A program made the position numbers and the translations under genes. Positions 29,748-40,600 of a DNA stretch of 64,000 nt are shown piece after piece. Source of the stretch: Ignavibacteriota bacterium (GTDB lineage Bacteria; Bacteroidota; Ignavibacteria; UBA10030); assembly GCA_963790045.1 (NCBI GenBank), contig CAWBMS010000008.1, forward strand, positions 133,126 through 197,125, given 5' to 3'. The notes under the pieces were generated by a model. It was not told the origin of the DNA and did no database searches. It was given only the letters and a program-made list of their open reading frames with translations. Numbering within the stretch: the first letter of the stretch is position 1; every line of letters begins with the position of its first letter.

Positions 29748-29989
29748 TATCAAATATTAAAACGCAAGGGGAAGAAGAGAAAAGAGGCAATTGCTATGAA
29801 TTTTTTAGGGAATCAGGTAGAAACATAACCAAAATAGGTTTGAGTAAACAGTTTCAGAAGGTTCTCTTCACGACGATTAAACCGATATTCAACGTCTTTC
29901 GTTGTGCGCAAAATCCCTGATGCAAGCCCACAACGTGAAGAACTCTATAAAAAAGAAAAGGCAGTCACAAAAGTTGTGACTGCCGAGAG

Positions 29990-30062
<73 letters not shown>

Positions 30063-30289
30063 ATCATTATATACATTAATATAACGATTGCTTGCCCCGT
30101 AATCAAGGTAATTCTTTTTTCATTTTTTGCATCATTTCCTCATCATTCTTCCATTGACTTCTCAAATAACCTTTGCGATATTATCGCCACGAAATATTGT
30201 TTAGTTCAAAGCTTTTGCTTTGGAACCTGCCCGGCTGCTGCCATCAAGTGCAACGGCGGCAGATCTACAAACCAGTTTTAGGAGTTCCT

Positions 30290-31619
30290 ATGAAACGGAC
30301 CAGAGTCATTATTATGGGCGCCGCGGGACGGGACTTCCACAATTTCAATACCGTCTTCCGCATAGACGACCGATACGAAGTCGTCGCTTTCACCGCAACA
30401 CAAATTCCCAACATCGATGGACGCAAGTACCCGGCAGAACTTGCCGGTGCATTGTATCCGCACGGCATTCCCATTTTTCCCGAAACGGAATTAACGCGCC
30501 TCATTAAAGAGATGCATGCCGATGAAGTGATCTTTGCTTACAGCGATGTTCCCTTTCAGTATGTGATGAGTAAGGCAGCGCTTGTGATGGCGGCAGGCGC
30601 TGATTTCAAAGTTCAAGGTGCGGCGCCAACGATGTTGAAAAGTAAAGTTCCGGTAATTGCCGTTGTTGCCGTGCGAACCGGAGCCGGCAAAAGTCAAACG
30701 TCGCGTAAAGTGTGTAATATTTTGAGAGCCGCGGGAAAACGTGTTGTGGCAATCAGGCATCCGATGCCGTACGGAGATTTGGTAAAGCAAAAAGTGCAGC
30801 GGTATTCTTCGTTAGAAGATTTGAAAACGTACGAATGCACAGTAGAAGAAATGGAAGAATACGAACCGCATATCGTGAACGGCACGATGATTTATGCCGG
30901 TGTTGATTATGAAGCGATCTTACGGCAAGCGGAACAAGAAGCCGATGTGATCGTGTGGGATGGCGGCAATAACGACATGTCATTCTATCAACCCGATCTC
31001 ACTATTCTCGTCGCCGATCCCCATCGTCCCGGGGCATGAAATTTCCTATTATCCCGGCGCCGTTAATTTATATCTTGCAGATGTGGTCATCATCAACAAA
31101 GTGGAAACGGCAGCACGTGAAAACATCGATGCTGTTCGAAAAAATATCGTTACAATCAATCCGAAGGCAGTCATCATCGAAGCAGCTTCACCCATTACGG
31201 TGGATGATGAATCCATCATTCGCAATAAACGTGTGCTCGTTGTGGAAGATGGTCCAACGCTCACACACGGCGAAATGACATACGGCGCAGGAGTGGTTGC
31301 CGCGCGTATGTTCGGCGCAAAAGAACTTGTCGATCCACGGCCGTGGGTTGTAAATTCTATTGCTGAAACTTTCCAAAAATATCCGCACATTGGTATATTA
31401 CTGCCTGCGATGGGCTATGGTGGAAAACAAATCAAAGATTTGGAAACCACCATTAATCGTGTTGAATGCGATTCGGTAATCATCGGCACGCCGATCGATC
31501 TGCGCCGCATCATCAACATCAACAAACCGTCCACGCGTGTGCGATATGAATTAGATGAAATTGCAAAGCCCGATTTGCACGACATCCTGCAAACATTTTT
31601 ACAGAAACACGGATTGACA
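30290..31619 (+). CDS. P-loop NTPase with an N-terminal Rossmann-like domain (DUF1611 / cyclic-2,3-diphosphoglycerate-synthetase-like), with a +1 frameshift at GGGG 31031-31034
   Basis: It has [10 protein letters not shown] at the N-terminus and a [12 protein letters not shown]-loop. Two ORFs (30290-31039 and 30960-31622) rejoin as ...[14 protein letters not shown] if one G is removed. Confidence 0.45.
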
Positions 31620-31640
31620 TAACTTGAAGGAGAGCTACAC

Positions 31641-32589
31641 ATGAAACGAGATTTTCTAAGTATCAACGATTGGTCCACCAAAGAGCTGTTGGAAGTTTTA
31701 AAAATTTCCCGGCAAATGAAAGCCAATCCAAAAAAGTTTTCCAAAGCGCTTGCCGGAAAATCAGTCGCATTGATTTTTGAAAAACAATCGCTGCGCACGC
31801 ACGTAACGTTTGAAATCGGTGCAAAGCAAATGGGAGCGAACACCACATACCTCACGAATGCGGACATCAGTCTGGGCAAACGCGAAACGATCTATGATGT
31901 GGCAAAAAATTTGGAACGCTGGGTGGATGCTGTCGTCATCCGTACGTATGCGCAGCAAAATGTTGTCGAGCTTGCCAAGTTACGGTTCTCATGTCGTCAT
32001 CAATGCGCTGACGGATCACGAACATCCATGTCAAGCAGTTGGCGATTTCATGACCATACAGGAACATCTTAAAACATTCAAGGGGAAAAAATTTGTATGG
32101 ATCGGCGATGGCAACAATGTCTGTCATTCGTTGATGCTGCTTGCGGCAAAAGTCGGAATGAATTTTACTGCTGTTACACCGCCGACACATAAACCGGATA
32201 CACAGGTTGTTGCGGCTGCAATCGAAGAGGCAAAAAAGACAGGCGCTGTTATTGAAATCATTCACGATCCGGTTGCCGGCGCAACAAATGCCGATGTGAT
32301 TTATACAGATGTCTGGATTAGCATGGGACAGGAAGCCGAACGTGAAACAAAGATGCAGGCGTTTCGTGCATATCAAGTGAATGCAGATTTGATGAAGCGT
32401 GCAAAACCGACCGCCATCTTCCTGCATTGTTTACCGGCACATCGCGGTGAAGAAGTTACCGCAGCTGTGATCGACTCTCCGCAATCAGCAGTGTTTGATG
32501 AAGCGGAGAATCGCCTGCATTCTCAAAAGGCAATTTTGTATTACGCATTGCAGAAAAGCAAGCGCAGTAAGAAATTACGTCGCAGATAA
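31641..32589 (+). CDS. argF: ornithine carbamoyltransferase, with a +1 frameshift near 31977
   Basis: It has the SLRTHVTFE (STRTR) and HCLPAHRGEEV (HCLP) motifs. The frame switches at aagttacgg, and removing one T gives ELAKYGSHVVINALTDHEHP. Confidence 0.85.
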
Positions 32590-32652
32590 TTTATGATAGA
32601 TTTTTCACCTTGCTCCTGAAACCAATTTCAGCAGCAAGGTGATAGATAGAAT
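32493..32652. repeat. direct repeat copy 1 (argF 3' end plus downstream hairpin), duplicated at 33767-33926
   Basis: About 160 bp are near-identical; the last 120 bp, including the caccttgctcctgaaaccaatttcagcagcaaggtga hairpin, are identical. Confidence 0.8.
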
Positions 32653-32766
32653 TCAAACAGCTCTTGATCATACTCAATTCAGGATTACAAATTTTTTCAT
32701 GATGCGGATAAATTATTTCAATAAGTATAGAACGATGATGGAGTAGCCCAGAAATTGTTCTGGTTT

Positions 32767-33563
32767 TTATTTGCAGATACCTCCTTGTCCCACATATTGG
32801 AAAGCTTCTATTGGCATTTGGGTAATTTTGGACACATAAAAGAAATTATCGATATACGCTTCGGTTAAAAATTTATCATTCGTCGAATAGGTGAGAAATG
32901 TGCGGAATGATATTGGAGTAGAGATCGTATTAAATTCTGAATACAAAAGAGTAAATTTTTTAGGTACAAATTCATTATTTAGATCTGGCAACCATTTCCC
33001 AGATTGATTATCCAAGTAAAAAACAGTAGGAAAAGGCAATGAAGTATCCTTCATTGATGCTATGCCGGGTTGAAGATCTTCAACCTTCTTCTCTGCAATA
33101 GTATGCATCGCCATGGAGATGATAGTGCCGGGCGGGATAAAGGTAATCCTCTCTGGTTTCGTGATTTGTGATATTGATGACCATGTGGTAGATCGATTTG
33201 CAAAATCTTCAAGTGTTGTAAATGCAGAACCATTGGTTGTCATGGTCGTCAGTACCATCCCAATAATCATGTCTTTGTCTCTCCGGTAATAAAAGAACAT
33301 TTTTTCCAATCGATATAGATCGGTTGATTCAATTTATTGCGAATCAACATCTCAATCGTTCCATTCATCTCCCAAAAAGAATATGTAACTGAGATGGTGT
33401 CATTTTCATATTCAAAATATTGTCCGATTTTTGGACAATTCGTTGATCGTACATCCATCAGTAATACATTGGTTTGTTGGATAGAAGAGGGCATGCATCC
33501 GCTCCACAAACAACCAAACAAAAGGAAGAAGAAACCTGCAAACAATTTCAATACCGTTTTCAT
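32767..33563 (-). CDS. hypothetical lipoprotein or secreted protein, split by a frameshift near a T6 run (about 33290)
   Basis: A 98-aa ORF with a signal peptide/lipobox-like MKTVLKLFAGFFFLLFGCLWSGC and a 180-aa ORF overlap by 43 nt in different frames. The gene lies between the two 160-bp direct repeats. Confidence 0.4.
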
Positions 33564-33766
33564 CTTTAACCTCCTGATACTTAATAATTATAACTTTCAT
33601 TGTTGCTTTTATGTATTGTGAGATCACAAGTAATATGCCAAAGAAGTTGTGGATTTTCAAGACGATATCTCATTAATTAAACTTGAATTGTCTGGAATTC
33701 TATTCATTGTGTCTATTTGAAAGTACATCAGAACGATGAATGGTGAACAATAACAATAAACCTTTT

Positions 33767-33926
33767 GTCTTCGATGAAGCAGAAAATCGTTTGCATTTTC
33801 AAAAGGCAATTTTGTATTACGCATTGCAGAAAAGCAAGCGCAGTAAAAAATTACGTCGCAGATAATTTATGATAGATTTTTCACCTTGCTCCTGAAACCA
33901 ATTTCAGCAGCAAGGTGATAGACAAC
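33767..33926. repeat. direct repeat copy 2 (pseudo 3' fragment of argF plus hairpin)
   Basis: It encodes ...VFDEAENRLHFQKAILYYALQKSKRSKKLRRR* and the same hairpin. Confidence 0.8.
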
Positions 33927-34114
33927 GATTCATATCAAAAGGGCTGGTTGATGGAACTCACCATTCAAGCCGTGCTCGGGCAAAGAATGTATCATAGCAT
34001 CATCAGCCGGCTGCTGTAACACCATACATTTCCATAAACTTTACCCATTCAAAATTTCATAAAATTATTTTATTGCCTTGCATCCTCAGTTTTTGTATAT
34101 TAGGAATGTTATAT

Positions 34115-34187
34115 TGCCCTGTGGTGTAATTGGCAACACGTCTGACTCTGGATCAGAAGAGTCCAGGTTCGATTCCTGGCGGGGCAG
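34115..34187 (+). tRNA. tRNA-Gln (CTG)
   Basis: It has a U1:A72 pair, the anticodon loop CUCUGGA, a TTCGATT T-loop and a cloverleaf of 73 nt. Confidence 0.85.
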
Positions 34188-34255
34188 CAAATTATTGAAA
34201 ATTGATACAATTTCGAGTAATTGAGACTCGAACGCATTACTTTACAATCTGTAAT

Positions 34256-34328
34256 GGCCCTATCGTCTAAGGGTTTAGGACGTGACCCTCTCAAGGTCGA
34301 AATACGGGTTCGAATCCCGTTGGGGCTA
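34256..34328 (+). tRNA. tRNA-Glu (CTC)
   Basis: Its D-arm TCGTCTAAGGGTTTAGGAC matches bacterial tRNA-Glu. The anticodon loop is CUCUCAA and the T-loop is TTCGAAT. Confidence 0.85.
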
Positions 34329-34461
34329 CGTTACAATAGTCAAGGCATGAATCTGGGAGGGCAGCTGTTATCAATTTTTCAATTATTTTCATTTCATGTA
34401 ATTTTTTTGTTGCTCCTTTCGTTAAGAATTTCTATTTTCAGCCATCTAATTTGTCCCATCA

Positions 34462-37400
34462 ATGAGAAACGCTATGGCATTAGATCTATTAGAACAAATT
34501 TTGCCTTTTATTAAAAACGCAATTTATCCACAGCGGCTTGCGCTTACCGACTGGCGCATCAAAGAAGGCAATCACCCGGAATCGGCGGCAACAACATACA
34601 ACGATAAATCGTGGACAGCGATTCAATTTCCATTTCAATTGGAAAAAACCGATAAAACATTTTGGGTGCGCAAAACAATTGCCGTTCCCGAATCATTTGC
34701 CGATCATCCTATTGCTTTACTTTTAAATTTTCAAGATGGGTTATTATATGTGAACGGCAAACCGTATTGCGGTATCGATCAATACCACAACGAAATCTTT
34801 TTAACTGAAAAAGCTAAAGCAGGAGAAAAATTTATTTTTGCATTGGATGCCTTCAGCGGCAAAAGACAAGATCGTTCACTGTTTGAATCTGCTGAATTAG
34901 TTGTATTGGATGCCACTGCACGTAGATTATATAACGGTTTGATAATTTTGCATGAACTGGAAACGTTCTTCGACGGTACGCAAGAAGAAAAAGAAATTCA
35001 TGAACTAATCCGGCGAACGCTGATCTATTTAAAATATTTTCGTCCCGGCGGAGAAGAATATCCCAACGCCATCAAGCGCGCCTATAGCTTTTTATTAAAC
35101 ACGTTGGAGACAGAATTCAAAACGACCGTTGCCGGTATTGTCCATCTCATCGGCCACGCACATATCGATGTTGCATGGTTGTGGACATTGAAAGATACTG
35201 CACGCAAATGCGGCAAAACATTTGCCACGACATTACGCTTGATGGAAGAGTTTCCCGAATTTAAATTCGCGCAAAGCCAGCCATATCTTTATGAATTGAC
35301 GAAGCAACAGTATCCTGAAATATATAAACTCATCAAACAACGAATTACCGAAGGACGATGGGAACCCGTCGGCGCGATGTGGGTTGAAACAGATTGCAAT
35401 TTGCCGAACGGAGAATCGTTGGTACGACAAATTTTGTTTGGGAAGAAATTTTTTAAGGAGGAATTCGGCATCAATGCCAAGATAGCGTGGCTGCCGGATT
35501 CATGCGGTTTTGTGTGGTCGCTTCCGCAAATTCTCAAAAAGTCCGGTATCGATTATTTTTATACCTCCAAGCTCTTAGGGAACGATACAAACAAATTTCC
35601 TTACACCTCTTTTTGGTGGCAAGGTATCGATGGAACAAAAATATTAACACATCACTCCCCTGTCGGATTGGAAGGAATCGTTTCACCATTACACATTCAA
35701 AAAAATACATTTTCCAATCCTGAAGAAGCACCTGCACCACTTAATCTCCAAACGTACGGATGTAACATCGGCGGCAGCGGAATCACAAAAGAGCAATTGG
35801 AATATGCCGCAGTCTTAAAAACTATCACCGGTATCCCCTCTTCAAAATTATCGACAGTGCAAGAATTTTTCCAGCAGCTTGAACAACAAGCGGCTGAGTT
35901 TCCAATATGGAACAACGAACTCTATCTTGAAACTCATCGCGGAACGTACACGACGCATGCAAAAATCAAAAAAGATAATCGGGAATGTGAAACACTCCTT
36001 TACAACGCAGAATTACTCATCACATTGGCGATGCTTTATGCTGGCAAATCTGCGGCACGGAAATATCCGCAGCAAGCATTGGCGGCTGCATGGCAACGAT
36101 TATTGCTCAACCAATTTCATGATATTCTAACGGGAACGTCTATCTCTGCTGTCTATGAGGACGCAGCAAACGATAATGCCGCGATTCGGAAAACTACGGA
36201 CACACTTATTACAGCCGCACTTGCCGGCATTACAACACCTGTAAAGAAAAGTTCAAAAGAATTTTCATGCGTTGTATTCAATCCGCTCGGCTGGATGCAT
36301 AGTGAATACGTCGAAATAACGGTGCCGACAATCGCAAAACATTTTGTTATGACTGATGAAATGGGAAAGACGATTGCATGCCAAATAGTCAACCAATCTG
36401 AACAAGAACTGCGACTATTGTGCTATATTGAAAACATCCCCGCTTTCGGAACAAAGAATCTCACGATAAGACCCGCCGAATCAATCAATCCCATCAGCAC
36501 CATTTGGAAGATAACGTTGCATAGTGTTGAAACGCCGTTTTACAAACTGCGGTTCGATAACAAAGGCACAATCACTTCTTTATATGCACGGCATCTTAAA
36601 CGCGATCTCATCGAAAAAGGAAAACGCGGCAATGTCTTGCAAACCTTTCATGATGCACCGCGGGAATGGGAAGCTTGGAATATCAACAGCGATGTTGAAA
36701 AATTAAAACTTGAGCTTTGGCACTTCAAACAAATCCGGATCGAGGAAGAAGGTCCGTTGCGTGCAACGTTGCGTTTGGATTTTAAAACCGACAATGGATC
36801 GACCTTGTCTCAACACATTCATTTTTATCATAAATCACCGCGCATCGATTTTCGGACGCACCTTAAATGGCGAGAGCGGCAAACGTTATTGAAAGTTGCT
36901 TTCCCGCTTAATATTAAATCGCGTTTTGCTTCGTACAAAATTCCGTTCGGCGTCATTCAACGGCCGACAAAATCTTCGGAGCCATTCGAGCGTGCAAAAT
37001 TTGAAGTGCCGGCACAACAATGGGCAGATGTCTCGGATAAAAAATGCGGCGTCAGTCTTTTGAATGATTGCAAGTACGGTTACGATGTCAAAGACAATGT
37101 GCTGCGGTTAACGCTCCTTCGCTCACCGCATGCGCCTAATCCCCACGATCCATCAAAAGCGGATAGCGCGACAATCGATTTGGGCGATCACACGTTTTCG
37201 TATGCATTATATCCACACACCGGAACATGGGCAGACGGAAATATACAACAACATGCTGTTGAGTTTAACAATCATCTCATAACAACACCCCATGCCGTCA
37301 AGGTGCTTATGCCAAGCTTGGTGGTAAGTTCTCAATCCAATGTTATTGTGAGTTTTGTGAAAAAAGCTGAAGAGGGACATGAAATCGTGTTACGGCTGTA

Positions 37401-37590
37401 CGAGTCCCATGGCACAGCGACAGAAACCGTATTGCAATTTGGTTTTGATGCAAAACGTGCGACGGAATGCGACCTTTTAGAAAACGGGATCAAAGATTAT
37501 AACGTGAAGAAAGCAAAACTTGCGCTCAAATTTAAACCGTTCGAAATTAAAACGATTAAAGTAGCTGCAATATCGAAGAAGCGTAAATAG
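34462..37590 (+). CDS. glycoside hydrolase family 38 alpha-mannosidase
   Basis: It is 1042 aa long with a GH38 N-terminal catalytic core (HAHIDVAWLWT) and a C-terminal beta-sandwich. Confidence 0.85.
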   Translation: MRNAMALDLLEQILPFIKNAIYPQRLALTDWRIKEGNHPESAATTYNDKSWTAIQFPFQLEKTDKTFWVRKTIAVPESFADHPIALLLNFQDGLLYVNGKPYCGIDQYHNEIFLTEKAKAGEKFIFALDAFSGKRQDRSLFESAELVVLDATARRLYNGLIILHELETFFDGTQEEKEIHELIRRTLIYLKYFRPGGEEYPNAIKRAYSFLLNTLETEFKTTVAGIVHLIGHAHIDVAWLWTLKDTARKCGKTFATTLRLMEEFPEFKFAQSQPYLYELTKQQYPEIYKLIKQRITEGRWEPVGAMWVETDCNLPNGESLVRQILFGKKFFKEEFGINAKIAWLPDSCGFVWSLPQILKKSGIDYFYTSKLLGNDTNKFPYTSFWWQGIDGTKILTHHSPVGLEGIVSPLHIQKNTFSNPEEAPAPLNLQTYGCNIGGSGITKEQLEYAAVLKTITGIPSSKLSTVQEFFQQLEQQAAEFPIWNNELYLETHRGTYTTHAKIKKDNRECETLLYNAELLITLAMLYAGKSAARKYPQQALAAAWQRLLLNQFHDILTGTSISAVYEDAANDNAAIRKTTDTLITAALAGITTPVKKSSKEFSCVVFNPLGWMHSEYVEITVPTIAKHFVMTDEMGKTIACQIVNQSEQELRLLCYIENIPAFGTKNLTIRPAESINPISTIWKITLHSVETPFYKLRFDNKGTITSLYARHLKRDLIEKGKRGNVLQTFHDAPREWEAWNINSDVEKLKLELWHFKQIRIEEEGPLRATLRLDFKTDNGSTLSQHIHFYHKSPRIDFRTHLKWRERQTLLKVAFPLNIKSRFASYKIPFGVIQRPTKSSEPFERAKFEVPAQQWADVSDKKCGVSLLNDCKYGYDVKDNVLRLTLLRSPHAPNPHDPSKADSATIDLGDHTFSYALYPHTGTWADGNIQQHAVEFNNHLITTPHAVKVLMPSLVVSSQSNVIVSFVKKAEEGHEIVLRLYESHGTATETVLQFGFDAKRATECDLLENGIKDYNVKKAKLALKFKPFEIKTIKVAAISKKRK

Positions 37591-37637
37591 TATTTACCGC
37601 CTCCAATATTTTCAATCGAGCAAAAGGAAATAAGTTC

Positions 37638-38510
37638 ATGCAGCTTGTCGATCTGTTAAAACGATTTCGGAAAGGGATTTCTTTTGCAATTGGGCTGGTC
37701 GTGCTGGAACAAGTTGCTTGGATCCTTGAACCAGCCGTTTTCGGAAAAGCAATCGATGCGTTGATTGATCAGGCGCGGGGCGATGTTTCAAAATTTTCGG
37801 ATATCTTTCTCCCTTTGGGATTGTGGATCGGCGTCTTTCTCGTCAATTCGGGAACCGGTGTGATCCGTCGTGTGGTCGATGAAAAAATATTTCTCGCCTT
37901 ATTTTCCCAACTCGCATTTGAAATTTCAACGACAGCAAAAGAGAAGAACCTGCGCCCATCGAAGACGGCTGCACTTGCACAGCTTTCGGAACAATATGTA
38001 ACATTTTTTCAATATCGTGTGCCTGAAATTATTGAACAAGCAATTGAAATCAGCGGCGCAGTCATCGCCCTCGCGGCTTTTGATTGGCGCATTTCTCTAA
38101 CATGCCTCACGATTATTTTGCCACTGATCTTGATGAATCGTTTTTATAACCGTCACGTCAGCACGTTACAAACAACGTTGCACGACACGTTTGAAAGTAC
38201 CTACGACGTCTTTTCCACACAAAACCCGGAATCAATACGCGCGTATTACAATTCGACATCGGTCATCAAACAAAAGATTGCCAACTGGGGAGCTTTTAAT
38301 TTTGGAATTATGCGAATGACGTTGCTTGCTATTTTTATAGTCGTGTTGTTTATCGCTATCGACCTTGACAACTTTACTACCGGTAATATTTATTCTATCG
38401 TAGCTTACATCTGGACATTTATCACATCATCAGAATATTTACCGGAGTTGATGGAAAGCTGGACATCGCTTCGAGATATTTCCAAACGCCTGCAAAAAGC
38501 ATCGCTCTAG
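37638..38510 (+). CDS. membrane protein resembling an ABC-exporter transmembrane domain (no ATPase domain)
   Basis: It has six predicted transmembrane helices; the N-terminus resembles MsbA-type transmembrane domains. Confidence 0.45.
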   Translation: MQLVDLLKRFRKGISFAIGLVVLEQVAWILEPAVFGKAIDALIDQARGDVSKFSDIFLPLGLWIGVFLVNSGTGVIRRVVDEKIFLALFSQLAFEISTTAKEKNLRPSKTAALAQLSEQYVTFFQYRVPEIIEQAIEISGAVIALAAFDWRISLTCLTIILPLILMNRFYNRHVSTLQTTLHDTFESTYDVFSTQNPESIRAYYNSTSVIKQKIANWGAFNFGIMRMTLLAIFIVVLFIAIDLDNFTTGNIYSIVAYIWTFITSSEYLPELMESWTSLRDISKRLQKASL

Positions 38511-38523
38511 CAGAGACCGTGAG

Positions 38524-38919
38524 TTATTCAGCAACATCGATGAGTTGTCGAATTTTTATGAGCACATCGGGCGGTTGGTAGGGTTTTTGAACAAAATGTT
38601 TTGCGCCCGATTTGATAATTTCTTGTTTCAATTCGGGATCAAAATAGCCGCTCGCCAAAATAGCTTTCACACGAGGATTGATCGCTTTCATCTGAAGAAA
38701 CGCTTCCCAACCTCCAAGCTTCGGCAAACCCAAATCAGACAGCACAACGGCAATTTCATTACTATGCTTACGAAATATTTCTACCGCAGTTTCTCCATCC
38801 GAAGCCGTTATAATGCGATATCCATTTTCTTCGAGAAACATTTCTAACAAAACACGCAATTGTTCTTCATCTTCAACGAGAAGAACCGTTTCACCTTTTC
38901 CCGGTGTTTCTGAATCCAT
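38524..38919 (-). CDS. single-domain response regulator (CheY-like receiver)
   Basis: It has the VLLVEDEEQLR...SDLGLP...KAILASGY receiver motifs, including the phospho-accepting Asp. Confidence 0.8.
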   Translation of the reverse strand: MDSETPGKGETVLLVEDEEQLRVLLEMFLEENGYRIITASDGETAVEIFRKHSNEIAVVLSDLGLPKLGGWEAFLQMKAINPRVKAILASGYFDPELKQEIIKSGAKHFVQKPYQPPDVLIKIRQLIDVAE

Positions 38920-39055
38920 CGTACCAACTTTCGTTTAAGATTATGGTATTCATTGTTCAAACGAGTTGTGACAATCTACTATAGATTTTTTTATCGATCA
39001 AGAAAAAATATTTCTCTTGCTCACCTTTTGGACTAAGCTTCAACGTACCCGTTCA

Positions 39056-40591
39056 TCAAAATGGAAAATCTTGATTGCTGTCAAAGACCTTTTGTGGTTT
39101 TTGTTCTTGCGGCTTTTTCGCTTTGAGATGCACAGCATTTGCCACGACATAAATTGCCTTGTCCGGTTTTACCGGACACGCATGTTCGCAAGCACCGCAC
39201 CCGATACAAATATCATCGTTCACTTCTGGCAGAAAGAGGCCTTCGTACGGAACCATGTGAACAGCTTTCGTGGGGCAATGTTCCGAACAAGCGCCGCAGT
39301 CTGCTTTTTTCGTTACGACAATGCAATCGGTTTTTATGAATGTGGCTTTCCCAAGTTGAGTTTCTTTTTTCTCGGCAATGTTTAACGGCAACAATGCGCC
39401 TGTCGGACACACGTGGCTGCATTCGACACAATCGTAATTGCAATAACTGGCATTGTAATTCATCTTCGGCTGCAGCATGCCTGCCATACCGTAATCAAAC
39501 AATGAAGGTGCAAGCACTTGAGTCGGACATGCGGTAACGCACAGATGGCATGCCGTGCACAAATTGGAAAATCGCTGCACACTGATCGACCCTGGCGGCG
39601 AAATGGGATGCGAACGATTTTCTTCATAATTATTTTTTTTTTCAGATATTCCCGGTATCATACGTAAGCCAAGTGCCGGCACAAGCAGTGTGGCAAAAAA
39701 TTTCCTTCTGCTTTTGTTTGTCGGAATGCTTCGGTTTTTAAATCGCCAGGAAAATTCATACTTCATTCCTGAAGTAGGACAGGCATCAAAACAATTGAAG
39801 CATCCGACACATGACGAAAAATCGAGTTTCTTCGTTTCCGTTTCGATGCACGATGCCTTGCATTTGTTTTCACACATCCGGCAACTTTTACATGTGTTTT
39901 CATCGATTCGAATTTTGAATGCAGAAAACCGAGACAACAAACTTAGCAATGCTCCGGTGGGGCATAATAAATTACAGAACAATCTGCCTTGTGTATAGGA
40001 CAAATAGCCGATGAATGCTGTGAACACAACAGCAAAAAGTACAGAACTGACCATGAATCGGAGCACGGGAATGTGGTACACGGCAAACACACCGAATTGT
40101 TCCAGCAATACCGAAACGCCGTTGTTCAACGATACGGCAAGAAAGCCAAGCACATTTGAAGCGACGCGGCCAAAGTTGGTGAAGGGTTCAAATAAATTCA
40201 GCAACAATGGGCTGCCGACTGCAAAGAGAATAAACGTAACGGCAAATAATGAATAATGAATAAGCGTCAGGGGCTTCCGGTATTTCGATTTTTTTCTTCG
40301 ATCAAGTTTCCTGGACAGATGAATAAATAAATCCTGAAATGTTCCTAACGGACAAATCGTTGAACAGTACACCCTGCCGAATAATAACGTCAGCACCACT
40401 GAAAAGATCAGACCTATCGATACGACGCTGAGAATTTTCAACGTGCGCAACAACGCAGGAAGTACTTGGATGCTCGTGAAACCGATGCTCCACGTAGAGG
40501 GTACCACATACCAAATATCCAAAAACAAACTACACGTAAGAAGAAAAAATATCAGCGATGCGATAATGCGAACGCGTTTCAGCCAATGCAC
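39056..40591 (-). CDS. NapH/MauN-family membrane polyferredoxin (4Fe-4S)
   Basis: It has a CSTICPLGTFQD motif, multiple CxxCxxCxxxCP clusters and several transmembrane helices. Confidence 0.7.
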   Translation of the reverse strand: MHWLKRVRIIASLIFFLLTCSLFLDIWYVVPSTWSIGFTSIQVLPALLRTLKILSVVSIGLIFSVVLTLLFGRVYCSTICPLGTFQDLFIHLSRKLDRRKKSKYRKPLTLIHYSLFAVTFILFAVGSPLLLNLFEPFTNFGRVASNVLGFLAVSLNNGVSVLLEQFGVFAVYHIPVLRFMVSSVLFAVVFTAFIGYLSYTQGRLFCNLLCPTGALLSLLSRFSAFKIRIDENTCKSCRMCENKCKASCIETETKKLDFSSCVGCFNCFDACPTSGMKYEFSWRFKNRSIPTNKSRRKFFATLLVPALGLRMIPGISEKKNNYEENRSHPISPPGSISVQRFSNLCTACHLCVTACPTQVLAPSLFDYGMAGMLQPKMNYNASYCNYDCVECSHVCPTGALLPLNIAEKKETQLGKATFIKTDCIVVTKKADCGACSEHCPTKAVHMVPYEGLFLPEVNDDICIGCGACEHACPVKPDKAIYVVANAVHLKAKKPQEQKPQKVFDSNQDFPF

Positions 40592-40600
40592 ATCGTCACC

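Noticed and set aside
32600-32640. Hairpin after argF as a rho-independent terminator
   Set aside because: The long imperfect stem is not followed by a U-tract on either strand, so I recorded it only as part of the duplicated segment.
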